Assembly: GCA_900550955.1 (NCBI GenBank)
Contig: URUF01000005.1
Span: 116-64,115 of the forward strand
Direction: 5' to 3'
DNA from: an uncultured Eubacteriales bacterium
Lineage (GTDB): Bacteria > Bacillota > Clostridia > Christensenellales > Aristaeellaceae
Length of the DNA stretch: 64,000 nucleotides
The notes below the pieces were generated by a model, which did no database searches, was not told the DNA's origin, and saw only the letters and a list, made by a program, of their open reading frames with translations. Below, piece after piece: positions 54,567-63,267 of this stretch. The position numbers and the translations under genes were made by a program. Each line of letters starts with the position of its first letter. The stretch's first letter is position 1.

Positions 54567-55532
54567 TTGGGAATCTTTCGCAAGGTCGGGGAATGGCTGA
54601 CGGAAAAAAGCGACCGCTTTATTCGCGGCGAGGCCGAGGGCGCTGGCGGCTATTATGGCTCCAGAGAGGCCGAACAGGCGTATGGCAACATGGAGCAGCC
54701 CATGGAAGGCGCGGAGAACCTTGAAGGGGAGGAAGCGCCCCGCAAGCCGCTGGACCCGTTTGGGCATGGCGAGGGCGATTATGGCGGACGCGTGCCCTAT
54801 CGCAGCCGGTATGATTTGGAGCGCGAGGCGCAGCAGGCCGCAAGGCGGCCGGAGCCCCAGCCCCAGCCGCAGATGCAGCAGCCGGCGCCGCAGCAGGTGC
54901 CCCAGGCGCAGCAGCAGGGCATGTACCAGCAGCAGGCCTATGCGCAGCCGGCCAGCAATGTGGTGCCCTTTCCCGGCATGCAGCGCACCGCGGATGGCTC
55001 CGTATACGCGCATGTGGAGTATATTGTGCTTTTGCGCAGCCGCAATGAATGCAAGGACGTGATCGCCTATATCAAGGCCAATGCGTCCGTATTCCTGAAT
55101 ATGGAGTTTATTGCCAGCGACAGCGAGCGCCAGCGCTGCGTGGATATGCTTAGCGGCGCGGCCTATACGCTTGGCTGCGCGCTGAATAAGATTTCCCCGC
55201 GCGGGATCTACCTGATTTCCTCGCCCTCGGTGCGGGTGGTGCTGGATCCTGCAATGCAGAAGTTTACCGCAGCCCCGGAGGCGCAGGGCTTTGTGAGGCA
55301 GCGTTATGACGCCGAAAGCTACCGCGGCGGCTACGCCTACCAGCAGCAGCCCGCGCAGGAGCCCCAGCAGCCGGTGAGCGGCTTCTCCTCCGGCTCGCCC
55401 ACAACGCGCTTTCAGGCGCAGGGCACGCAGCGCATGCCCACAAGCTTCGGCAGCATGATGGCGGGCAGCGCCACGGGAATGTACGCCCCGGTCAACGGGG
55501 CCACGGGCCGCTATGCGACGGCCCAGCAGTAA
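54567..55532 (+). CDS. sepF: Cell division protein SepF (unusually long form)
   Basis: N-terminal amphipathic helix GIFRKVGEWL and the SepF core (VEYIVLLRSRNECKDVIAYIKANASVFLNMEF..RCVDMLSGAAYTLGCAL..ISPRGIYLISSPSV). TTG start. Confidence 0.8.
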   Translation: MGIFRKVGEWLTEKSDRFIRGEAEGAGGYYGSREAEQAYGNMEQPMEGAENLEGEEAPRKPLDPFGHGEGDYGGRVPYRSRYDLEREAQQAARRPEPQPQPQMQQPAPQQVPQAQQQGMYQQQAYAQPASNVVPFPGMQRTADGSVYAHVEYIVLLRSRNECKDVIAYIKANASVFLNMEFIASDSERQRCVDMLSGAAYTLGCALNKISPRGIYLISSPSVRVVLDPAMQKFTAAPEAQGFVRQRYDAESYRGGYAYQQQPAQEPQQPVSGFSSGSPTTRFQAQGTQRMPTSFGSMMAGSATGMYAPVNGATGRYATAQQ

Positions 55533-55544
55533 GGAGCGGATAAG

Positions 55545-55823
55545 ATGATTTCTGCCCTGTTGGGAATAGTTGCTTGGGTGTTGAGGCTGATTAGCTTTGC
55601 GCTACTTATTTACTGCGTGATGAGCTTTGTGATGCCGCAAAGCGATGTTATGCGCAAGGCGGCGGGGTATGTGGAGCCGGTTTTGCGCCCGTTCCGCGAG
55701 CTGTTGTATAAATATTTTCCGAAGCTGCGGACGCTTCCGCTGGACTTTTCGCCGCTGGCCGTATGGCTGGTGATCGACATCCTGATGTGGGTTTTGAACC
55801 TGCTGAGGCGAATTCTTCGCTGA
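55545..55823 (+). CDS. yggT: YggT/YlmG-family membrane protein
   Basis: 92 aa, two TM segments, in the conserved position after sepF. Confidence 0.8.
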   Translation: MISALLGIVAWVLRLISFALLIYCVMSFVMPQSDVMRKAAGYVEPVLRPFRELLYKYFPKLRTLPLDFSPLAVWLVIDILMWVLNLLRRILR

Positions 55824-56578
55824 TGCGCGGCGAGGAGGATGCGGCTCAAACAGCCAAGCGGCTTGAGGAGCTGGCGGCGCGGGCGGAGCGCACAGGCGCG
55901 CCCTGCTTCACGGGGTTTTTATCCCCCGCGGAGGCGGAGCTGGCCCGGATGGCCGCGCAAAAGCGGCGGGTTGAGGTGCTGCTGGAGGGCGGATATGAGG
56001 GCGCGGAACGCTGCATGGCCTGCTTTGCGGGCGCGTGGGAGGAACCCTTTCCCATTGCGGCGCTTGAGCTTGCGTGGCCGCACCAAAGCGCGCCCGGCCA
56101 CCGCGATGTGCTGGGCGCGGTGATGGGGCTGGGTCTTAAGCGGGAGTGCGTGGGCGATATTGTGGTTTTGGAGGAGCGCGCCTATTTGTTTGCACAGCGG
56201 CGCATGGCGGAGCATATCGCCGCTGCGCTGGACAGCGCGGGCCGCACGAAGCTGCGGGTTTCCATGCTGGCGGAGCTGCCCAGGCTGGAGCCGCCCAAGG
56301 GCGTGGAGCTGCGCGGCACCGTATCCAGCATGCGGCTGGACGCGGTGCTGGGTGAAGGCTTCAGCCTGTCGCGAGCAAGCGCGGCAGAGCTGGTTGCCGC
56401 CGGGCGGGTCAAGCTGCGCCATGTTCCCACCGAGCGCGCGGACGCGCGCATAAAGCAGGGCGACGCAATTTCCGCGCGCGGCTACGGCCGCCTGGTAGTA
56501 CAGGAGATTGGCGCTCCCACCAAAAAGGGCCGTCTGCCGATTCGGCTGATACGATACGGCGAAAGCCGGAAGCATTAA
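55823..56578 (+). CDS. ylmH: YlmH-like RNA-binding (S4 domain) protein
   Basis: FTGFLSPAE near the N-terminus and a C-terminal S4 domain (MRLDAVLGEGFSLSRASAAELVAAGRVKL). Its start overlaps the yggT stop (TGATG). Confidence 0.75.
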   Translation: MRGEEDAAQTAKRLEELAARAERTGAPCFTGFLSPAEAELARMAAQKRRVEVLLEGGYEGAERCMACFAGAWEEPFPIAALELAWPHQSAPGHRDVLGAVMGLGLKRECVGDIVVLEERAYLFAQRRMAEHIAAALDSAGRTKLRVSMLAELPRLEPPKGVELRGTVSSMRLDAVLGEGFSLSRASAAELVAAGRVKLRHVPTERADARIKQGDAISARGYGRLVVQEIGAPTKKGRLPIRLIRYGESRKH

Positions 56579-56602
56579 CCCGTAGATGAAAGGAGAATCC
56601 CC

Positions 56603-57115
56603 ATGGCATTGACGATTGACGATATCTACGACAAAGAGTTTGCGCTCAAAGGCGGCGGATACGACCGCAACGACGTGGATCAGTTTTTGGATGAAATCTG
56701 CGACGAGATGACCAATATGCAGGAGCATATTGACCGCCTGGAGGCGGAGCTTAAGCAGGCGCGCGCGGACGCCGAGGCCGCGCGCGAGGCTGTGAAGCCT
56801 GCGCCCCAGCCCGTCGCCCGGGCGGAAGCGCCTGTGGCGCGTACCAGCGAAACGCTGGAGAGCATTTTGCTAAGCGCCCAGCGTTTGGCGGACGAGGCTG
56901 TGGAGAACGCCAAGAGCAAGGCGGAAGCCATCGTCAAGGAGGCGGAGGAGAAGGCCGGCCAGATCGTGGACGACGCGCAGGCCGAAAAGACCGCGCTAAG
57001 CGGCGAACTGGAAACGCTGCGCAAAAACGCGGCCGATTACAAGGACGGTCTGCTTGCCCTGCTGAACAAGCACAAGAGCATGTTGGAAAACGACAGCTTC
57101 TTCAAAAAGCAATAA
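56603..57115 (+). CDS. divIVA: Cell division/septum-site protein DivIVA
   Basis: MALTIDDIYDKEFALKGGGYDRNDVDQFLDEI followed by coiled coil. Confidence 0.85.
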   Translation: MALTIDDIYDKEFALKGGGYDRNDVDQFLDEICDEMTNMQEHIDRLEAELKQARADAEAAREAVKPAPQPVARAEAPVARTSETLESILLSAQRLADEAVENAKSKAEAIVKEAEEKAGQIVDDAQAEKTALSGELETLRKNAADYKDGLLALLNKHKSMLENDSFFKKQ

Positions 57116-57132
57116 GAGCGCGCCCTTCCCAA

Positions 57133-57176
57133 AAGGGAGCCTTCGCGTTGGAATATCCGCAAAGGCTCCCTTTGCC
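57133..57176. terminator. Hairpin between convergent divIVA and the rlmA-like gene
   Basis: aagggagcctt / aaggctccctt 11-bp stem with an 18-nt loop, followed by tgcc. Confidence 0.5.
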
Positions 57177-58028
57177 TTATAAAAGCCGGCAGCAAAGCGC
57201 ATGCATATGGATGGTGATTTGAGAAAGCGATATGTTTGCAAGCGCTTCGCGGGGAACGGAAAAGGTCATAGGCGTCATACGCGCAAAGGCTTGCGCCTGC
57301 CCGGGCGTGAGCGGGCGCGTAACGCGCACGCAGGCCTCCTGCACAATACCGGCATGCGCGCGCAGGTGCTTCATTACGGCCGCGTTGGAGTAGCTTTCCC
57401 CGCTTTTGAGGTACGCGGCCACGGCGTCACGAACCTCGCACAGGTAATCCGCGCCGGGAATCACCTTGATAAACGCGCCGTCCGGCTTGAGCGCACGGCC
57501 AAACTCGCTGTAATCGGCGGGAGTAAGCACGTCAAGGAGCGCATCCAGCACGTGGTCGCCAAGCGGCAGGCGCTTCACATCCGCTACAAACCAGCTGACC
57601 GGGCTAGGCGTGCGCGCCGCCAGCGTGATCGCGTCGCGGTTCAAATCCAGGCCGATGACCGTGGCGTTTGGAAAGCGGCTTGCGATAGCGCGGGCATAAT
57701 AGCCCTCGCCGCAGCCCGCGTCGGCCAGGGTAAAGGGCGCGTCGCCAAAGCGGGCCGCAAGCATGCCGCATATCGCGTCCACAACAGGCGTGTAGAAGCC
57801 GTCCTGAAAGAGCATTGCGCGGCTTTCAAACAGCCCGGCGCCGTATTTGTCCGCCGCCTGGCTGTGGGCGGGCGCCAGGTTTACATAACCGCGCCGGCTT
57901 ACATCGAAGCAATGGCCGTTTTGACAAACCATGCTTTGCGCGGGCAGCGAAAGGGGAGCGCCGCACAGGGGGCAGCGCATAAGCGCAAGCTGGGGCCTAA
58001 GCCGCGCGGCTAGCTGGGAAACGTTCAT
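57177..58028 (-). CDS. RlmA/RrmA-type rRNA (guanine-N1) SAM-dependent methyltransferase
   Basis: N-terminal Zn-ribbon (CPLCGAPL..CQNGHCFDVSRRGYVNL) plus the SAM motif LADAGCGEGYY. Confidence 0.7.
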   Translation of the reverse strand: MNVSQLAARLRPQLALMRCPLCGAPLSLPAQSMVCQNGHCFDVSRRGYVNLAPAHSQAADKYGAGLFESRAMLFQDGFYTPVVDAICGMLAARFGDAPFTLADAGCGEGYYARAIASRFPNATVIGLDLNRDAITLAARTPSPVSWFVADVKRLPLGDHVLDALLDVLTPADYSEFGRALKPDGAFIKVIPGADYLCEVRDAVAAYLKSGESYSNAAVMKHLRAHAGIVQEACVRVTRPLTPGQAQAFARMTPMTFSVPREALANISLSQITIHMHALCCRLL

Positions 58029-58113
58029 AGGGCACATCCTTTGCATGTGGATGCATCATAGGTTCGACACGCAGGGCGCGGCTCCCTGCCGCGTTCAAAA
58101 GGAGGCAAAAGCG

Positions 58114-58974
58114 ATGTGGGTTGTTATGGCGCTGCTATCGGCGCTGTTTGCGGGGCTTACGGCCATTTTAAGCAAAATGAGCGTGCGCAGCACGGATTCC
58201 ACCGTGGCCACGGCCATTCGCACCACGGTGGTGCTGGCCTTTGCCTGGCTGATGGCATGGATGCAGGGCCTTTGCGCACGGCTGCCAAGCCTGCCCCTGC
58301 GCGCCTATGGGTTCCTGGCCCTTTCCGGGCTATGCACAGGCGGGTCGTGGCTGTGCTATTTCCACGCGCTTAAGCTGGGGCCGGTAAGCCGGGTAGCGGC
58401 GGTGGATAAAAGCTCCACGGTGCTTACCATGCTGTTGGCGTGGCTGCTGCTGGGCGAGCCGCTCACCTGGCTTAAGGGATTGAGCATTGTGCTAATAGGT
58501 ACGGGCACGTTATGCATGATTCAGCCTGCGCAGGAGGCGCGCCAAGCCCACTCGGGACGCGGCTGGCTGCCATATGCCGCGCTTTCAGCGCTGTTTGCGG
58601 CGCTGACGGCTATTTTGGCGAAAATCGGCATTGAGAATGTGCCCAGCGACTTGGCTACCGCGCTGCGCACCACGGTGGTGCTGGTAATGGCCTGGGGCAT
58701 GGTGGCCATAGGCGGCAAGCGGGATCAGCTGCGCAACATAGAATCCGGAGAGCTGCGCTTTCTTCTTCTTTCCGGCGTGGCAACGGGGCTGAGCTGGCTA
58801 TGCTACTACCGCGCGCTTCAGGAGGGCCCGGCGGGCGTGGTTGTGCCGCTGGACAAGCTAAGCATTGTGGTAACCGTCGCGTTTAGCCGCATAGCGCTTA
58901 AGGAACGGCTGGGCCGCCGTGCGCTGGCCGGGCTTGCGCTGCTTGTGGCAGGCACGGGCCTTTTGCTGCTGTAA
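58114..58974 (+). CDS. EamA/DMT-family transporter
   Basis: Two EamA repeats, each starting ALLSALFAGLTAILSK / ALSALFAALTAILAK. AAAAGGAGG RBS before the ATG at 58114. Confidence 0.8.
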   Translation: MWVVMALLSALFAGLTAILSKMSVRSTDSTVATAIRTTVVLAFAWLMAWMQGLCARLPSLPLRAYGFLALSGLCTGGSWLCYFHALKLGPVSRVAAVDKSSTVLTMLLAWLLLGEPLTWLKGLSIVLIGTGTLCMIQPAQEARQAHSGRGWLPYAALSALFAALTAILAKIGIENVPSDLATALRTTVVLVMAWGMVAIGGKRDQLRNIESGELRFLLLSGVATGLSWLCYYRALQEGPAGVVVPLDKLSIVVTVAFSRIALKERLGRRALAGLALLVAGTGLLLL

Positions 58975-59016
58975 GAGCGGTTTGCAAATTCTTTCACAAA
59001 CTTTCAGCGCTGCCTA

Positions 59017-59046
59017 TTGCAAAATATGACCCATTTTTGGTAAAAT
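59017..59046 (+). promoter_or_regulatory. Candidate sigma-A promoter of gap
   Basis: TTGCAA, 18-nt spacer, TGGTAAAAT (extended -10). Confidence 0.55.
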
Positions 59047-59088
59047 AATAGTTGGGAAACAACAATGACTTTTAGGAGGTACCCGCCA

Positions 59089-60117
59089 ATGGTGAAAGTT
59101 GCTATTAACGGTTTTGGCCGCATCGGCCGTCTGGCCTTCCGTCAGATGTTTGGCGCTGAGGGCTACGAAGTGGTCGCGATCAACGATCTGACCAGCCCCA
59201 AGATGCTCGCGCACCTGCTCAAGTACGATACCGCCCAGGGCTCCTACTGCGGCCACATCGGTGAGAACGTTCACACCGTAGAGGCTACCGAGGATTCCAT
59301 CATCGTGGACGGTAAGGAAATCAAGATCTACGCCGAGAAGGACGCCGCGAACTGCCCCTGGGGCCAGCTGGATGTGGACGTGGTGCTGGAGTGCACCGGC
59401 TTCTATTGCAGCAAGGATAAGAGCCAGGCGCACATCAACGCCGGCGCTAAGAAGGTCGTTATTTCCGCTCCCGCCGGCAGCGACCTGCCCACCATCGTGT
59501 ACTCCGTGAATGAGAACACCCTCACCAAGGAAGACAAGATCATCTCCGCCGCTTCCTGCACCACCAACTGCCTCGCGCCCATGGCCAAGGCCCTGAATGA
59601 TACCTATCCCATCCAGAGCGGTATCATGACCACCGTGCATGCTTACACCGGCGACCAGATGATTCTGGACGGCCCCCATCGCAAGGGCGATCTCCGCCGT
59701 GCCCGTGCCGGCGCGCAGAACATCGTGCCTAACTCCACCGGCGCTGCCAAGGCGATTGGCCTGGTAATTCCCGAGTTGAACGGCAAGCTGATCGGCTCCG
59801 CCCAGCGCGTGCCCGTATGCACCGGCTCCACCACTATCCTGGTGGCGGTTGTGAAGGGCAAGGACGTAACCAAGGAGAGCATCAACGCCGCCATGAAGGC
59901 CGCCGCTTCCGCCTCTTATGGTTACAACGAGGAGCCCATCGTTTCTTCCGACGTCATCGGCATGAAGTACGGCTCCCTGTTCGACGCCACCCAGACCATG
60001 GTTGCCAAGATCGACGACGACACCTATCAGGTGCAGGTTGTCAGCTGGTACGACAACGAGAACAGCTACACCTCGCAGATGGTTCGCACCATCAAGTACT
60101 TCGCGGAGCTGGGCTGA
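59089..60117 (+). CDS. gap: Glyceraldehyde-3-phosphate dehydrogenase
   Basis: [39 protein letters not shown] before the ATG at 59089. Confidence 0.95.
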   Translation: MVKVAINGFGRIGRLAFRQMFGAEGYEVVAINDLTSPKMLAHLLKYDTAQGSYCGHIGENVHTVEATEDSIIVDGKEIKIYAEKDAANCPWGQLDVDVVLECTGFYCSKDKSQAHINAGAKKVVISAPAGSDLPTIVYSVNENTLTKEDKIISAASCTTNCLAPMAKALNDTYPIQSGIMTTVHAYTGDQMILDGPHRKGDLRRARAGAQNIVPNSTGAAKAIGLVIPELNGKLIGSAQRVPVCTGSTTILVAVVKGKDVTKESINAAMKAAASASYGYNEEPIVSSDVIGMKYGSLFDATQTMVAKIDDDTYQVQVVSWYDNENSYTSQMVRTIKYFAELG

Positions 60118-60239
60118 TTGATTTAGAAGGGTTTTCAAGCCCTTAGCGAATCAACCGGTATCCCGTCAGCTACGTAAAATGTTAAACTACGCCGGCAGGC
60201 CTGCAAAACGGCGGCCTGCCGGGTACGATAGGCGTTTTG

Positions 60240-60280
60240 CCCCTCTTTCTGACTGTTCGCAGGCGGAAAGAGGGGTTTTG
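60240..60280 (+). terminator. Rho-independent terminator downstream of gap
   Basis: cccctctttc / gaaagagggg 10-bp stem followed by ttttg. A second GC-rich hairpin (ccggcaggcc / ggcctgccgg) lies at 60192-60222. Confidence 0.65.
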
Positions 60281-60448
60281 CTATGTGCTTTGGCAGGCGA
60301 TTCTGGAATTTGGCTTTGACTGCAATGCCTTCATAGGGGAAATTCCGTCCTTTGGGATAAAAAAACCGGCTGTGGTGATGCGGCTTTCCCGGCGTTTTAT
60401 GGTATGCTGTAAGCGCTGAAAGGATACTGGGAACAGGAGGCGCGCCTA

Positions 60449-62110
60449 ATGAATCCAGAGAACAGCTCAAAGCTGCTGGGAACGCTGGAGGTAGAGCCCA
60501 GGCGGCTGGAAGCCCATCAGCCGCTTTCCCTGGCATTCACCTTTCGCACGGAAAGGCCGCTTGGCCCGGGCGCGTGCCTAAGGTTCCATATTCCGCTGGC
60601 TTGCCCGCCGCCCCAATGGGATTCCCCGCTTCGGGCGGGCTATTGCGCCTGCCGGTGCGACCGCGGCGCAAAAGCGGCGCTCTTGCGCAGGCGGGTGGGC
60701 AACCCCAAGGACGACGCCTTTGTGGAGCGTTGGGGCCATGCCGTTTACGTGGAGCTAACGGCGGGGGAGCTGCTGCCGGGGGACCGGGTCGTTTTGCGCT
60801 ATGGAGCGGCCGCCTCGGCGGAAGCGCTGCCCTGGGGCGATCCGGAGCCCACCTTGGCGCCTTTCTTCAGCGGAAGCTTTCCCGTGGATTTTGCCGTGGA
60901 TCCCGACGGCCTTCGCCAGGCGCCTTACAGCGGCATGCTGCGCTTGGCGGAAACATGCCGCCTGGAGGTGGCCCCTCTGCCGGCATGCCGGGAAAAAACA
61001 TATTCCTGTGCAAGAGGACGGGCGGTGGTTGGCTTCGACTGCCTGAACAACCCTTCGACGGTTCAATGGAAGGAGGCGGACGCTCCCGCGAAAGCGGCGC
61101 TGGACTGCCAGATTTATTTTGGGGATATCCACTGCCATAGCGCGTTTTCGGACGGCTTGGGAGAGCCGCTGGACTGCTACCGCTTTGCCAGAGATTGGAT
61201 TGGCCTGGATTTTTGCGCCGTGACGGATCACGCGCGATACGTTTCCGATGCGGAGTGGGCGGAAAGCTGCCGGGCGGCAAACCTGACGAACCAGGATGGC
61301 GCCTTTGTGACGCTGGTGGGGTATGAGCTTTCCCACCCAGCTGCGGGAGAAAAAAACCTGTATTATCCGGGCGACGAGGGCCCTCTCCTGCGGGAGATGC
61401 TCCCGGGCCATGAGGAGGTTCATCCCATAGAGGAATATGTGGAACAATGGCTGGAATGCCGGGCTCTTATGATGGCTCACCTTCATGCGCGGCATCTGCA
61501 TGCGTTTTATCACCCAAAGCTGTGCAGGCTGATTGAGGTGTACAGCAACTGGGGCTGCTGCGAAGCCCCTGGCGCGCGCCCGCCCTTCATTCCCGCGATG
61601 CGAGCGGATTTTAGCGGCCAGTATGCGCTGGATGCGCTTCAAAGCGGCTGGCGGGTGGGCTTTGCCGCCAACAGCGACGACCATATGGCGCGGCCTGGCC
61701 TGTCGGGATGGCACAGGGTGGAACGGGCGTATCACAGCGGCCTGACGGCGGTATACGCGCCTGCCCTGACACGCCAGGCGGTGTTTCAGGCGCTGTACCG
61801 GCGGCATACCTATGCGACCTCCGGCGCGCGCATACGGGTTTTTTGCACCGCCAACGGCGTTTTGCCAGGGGAAAGCCTGCCGGGAGGCAAAATACGCTTT
61901 TTCATGGATGCGGCGGGCGAAGGCCCCCTCGCCCAGCTTGAGTTAATCCATAACGGCCGGGTGATATGGCAAAGGGAGGCGGACGGGGCCTTGCGGCTGC
62001 AAGCCGCGCCTGAATTGAAGATTGAAAGCGGGTTTTGTTACCTGCGGGCGCAGCAGCAGGATGGGCATATCGCCTGGGTTAGCCCGTTTTATGTGAAAGG
62101 AGCGTGTTAG
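60449..62110 (+). CDS. DUF3604-family (PHP-like) putative metal-dependent hydrolase
   Basis: IYFGDIHCHSAFSDG..CAVTDHA..NSDDH..TRQAVFQALYRRHTYATSGARI, preceded by a non-catalytic N-terminal domain of about 210 aa. AGGAGG RBS present. Confidence 0.6.
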   Translation: MNPENSSKLLGTLEVEPRRLEAHQPLSLAFTFRTERPLGPGACLRFHIPLACPPPQWDSPLRAGYCACRCDRGAKAALLRRRVGNPKDDAFVERWGHAVYVELTAGELLPGDRVVLRYGAAASAEALPWGDPEPTLAPFFSGSFPVDFAVDPDGLRQAPYSGMLRLAETCRLEVAPLPACREKTYSCARGRAVVGFDCLNNPSTVQWKEADAPAKAALDCQIYFGDIHCHSAFSDGLGEPLDCYRFARDWIGLDFCAVTDHARYVSDAEWAESCRAANLTNQDGAFVTLVGYELSHPAAGEKNLYYPGDEGPLLREMLPGHEEVHPIEEYVEQWLECRALMMAHLHARHLHAFYHPKLCRLIEVYSNWGCCEAPGARPPFIPAMRADFSGQYALDALQSGWRVGFAANSDDHMARPGLSGWHRVERAYHSGLTAVYAPALTRQAVFQALYRRHTYATSGARIRVFCTANGVLPGESLPGGKIRFFMDAAGEGPLAQLELIHNGRVIWQREADGALRLQAAPELKIESGFCYLRAQQQDGHIAWVSPFYVKGAC

Positions 62111-62115
62111 GAAGA

Positions 62116-63267
62116 ATGAAAGTGGCTGTAATTGGCTATGGCCATCGTATGGCGGAGGTGATGCGCCGCCTGGCGGAGGTATGCCCGGAATTAGAGGTGG
62201 CGGCCGTTTGCGACCCCGCGCAGGCAAGGGTTCGTGAAACCATGGCTACGGACGGGATTGCGTGCAAGGACTGCCGCTTCTTTGACGCCCCGGAAACAAT
62301 GCTTGACGCCGTGCGGGTGGACGGCGTGCTGATTGGCACGCGCTGCTCCCTTCACGCCCGCCTTGCCGCTTTGGTGCTGGAACGTTCGCTGCCGCTCTTT
62401 TTGGAAAAGCCCATTGCCACAACCCTGGAGGATGCGCAGGCGCTGTGGCAGGCAAACCTGCGCGGCGGGCGGCCGCCGGTGGTGGTGTCCTTCCCGCTGC
62501 GCCTTAGCGCGCTGGCAAGGGAGGCCAAGTCCATTGTGGATTCAGGCCGGCTGGGGGAAATTGCCCAGGTGCAGGCGGTCAACAACGTGCCTTACGGCCC
62601 AGGCTATTTTCAGCGCTGGTATCGGGACGAAGCGGAAACAGGCGGCCTGTTTCTGCAAAAGGCCACCCATGATTTGGATGTAGTAAACGCCCTGCTTGGG
62701 ATGCGCCCCACAGAGGTGTTCGCCATGACCTCAAAACAGATTTATCATGGCCAGGAGCCAACCGGGCAGCGCTGCGACCGCTGCGCGAAAACGGACTCGT
62801 GCCCGGAAAGCCCGCAGAATTTGTGGGAGTATTTTGGCGAAAAGCGCAAGGATTTGGGCTGCTGCTTTGCCCAGGATACGGGAAACGAGGATTCCGGAAG
62901 CGCGCTGATTCGTTATCCCAATGGCGTGCATTGCAGCTATAGCCAAAACTTTTTCGCCCGGAAAGCCTCCGCCAAACGGATGATCCGCCTGCTGGGCTAT
63001 CGCGGCAGCCTGGAATTTGACTGGCACACCAATCAGATCAAGGTTTGCATGCACGACTCCGGCATAGTGGAAACGCGGGAGGTTCCGCCCGGGCCGTCCG
63101 GTCACAGCGGAGGCGACGCGGCGCTGGTGCGGGCGTTCAGCCGTTGCGTCCTGCGGGGGATGGATTCCCCCTCGCCCCTGGAGGCGGGAATGGACAGCGT
63201 GCTGACCTGCCTTGCCGCCCGGGAATCGGCCCAAACCCGCCGCATTGTGGAGGTTTTGGCGTACTGA
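62116..63267 (+). CDS. Gfo/Idh/MocA-family NAD(P)-dependent oxidoreductase
   Basis: MKVAVIGYGHRM Rossmann start, EKP motif (LFLEKPIATT), and a C-terminal alpha/beta domain. The start is ambiguous (GTG at 62104 or ATG at 62116). Confidence 0.75.
   Translation: MKVAVIGYGHRMAEVMRRLAEVCPELEVAAVCDPAQARVRETMATDGIACKDCRFFDAPETMLDAVRVDGVLIGTRCSLHARLAALVLERSLPLFLEKPIATTLEDAQALWQANLRGGRPPVVVSFPLRLSALAREAKSIVDSGRLGEIAQVQAVNNVPYGPGYFQRWYRDEAETGGLFLQKATHDLDVVNALLGMRPTEVFAMTSKQIYHGQEPTGQRCDRCAKTDSCPESPQNLWEYFGEKRKDLGCCFAQDTGNEDSGSALIRYPNGVHCSYSQNFFARKASAKRMIRLLGYRGSLEFDWHTNQIKVCMHDSGIVETREVPPGPSGHSGGDAALVRAFSRCVLRGMDSPSPLEAGMDSVLTCLAARESAQTRRIVEVLAY

Noticed and set aside
59014-60138. 374-aa ORF on the minus strand.
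   Set aside because: It is antisense to gap, which is unambiguous.
60237-60419. 60-aa ORF between gap and the DUF3604 gene.
   Set aside because: It starts inside the gap terminator hairpin, has no RBS and has an odd composition.
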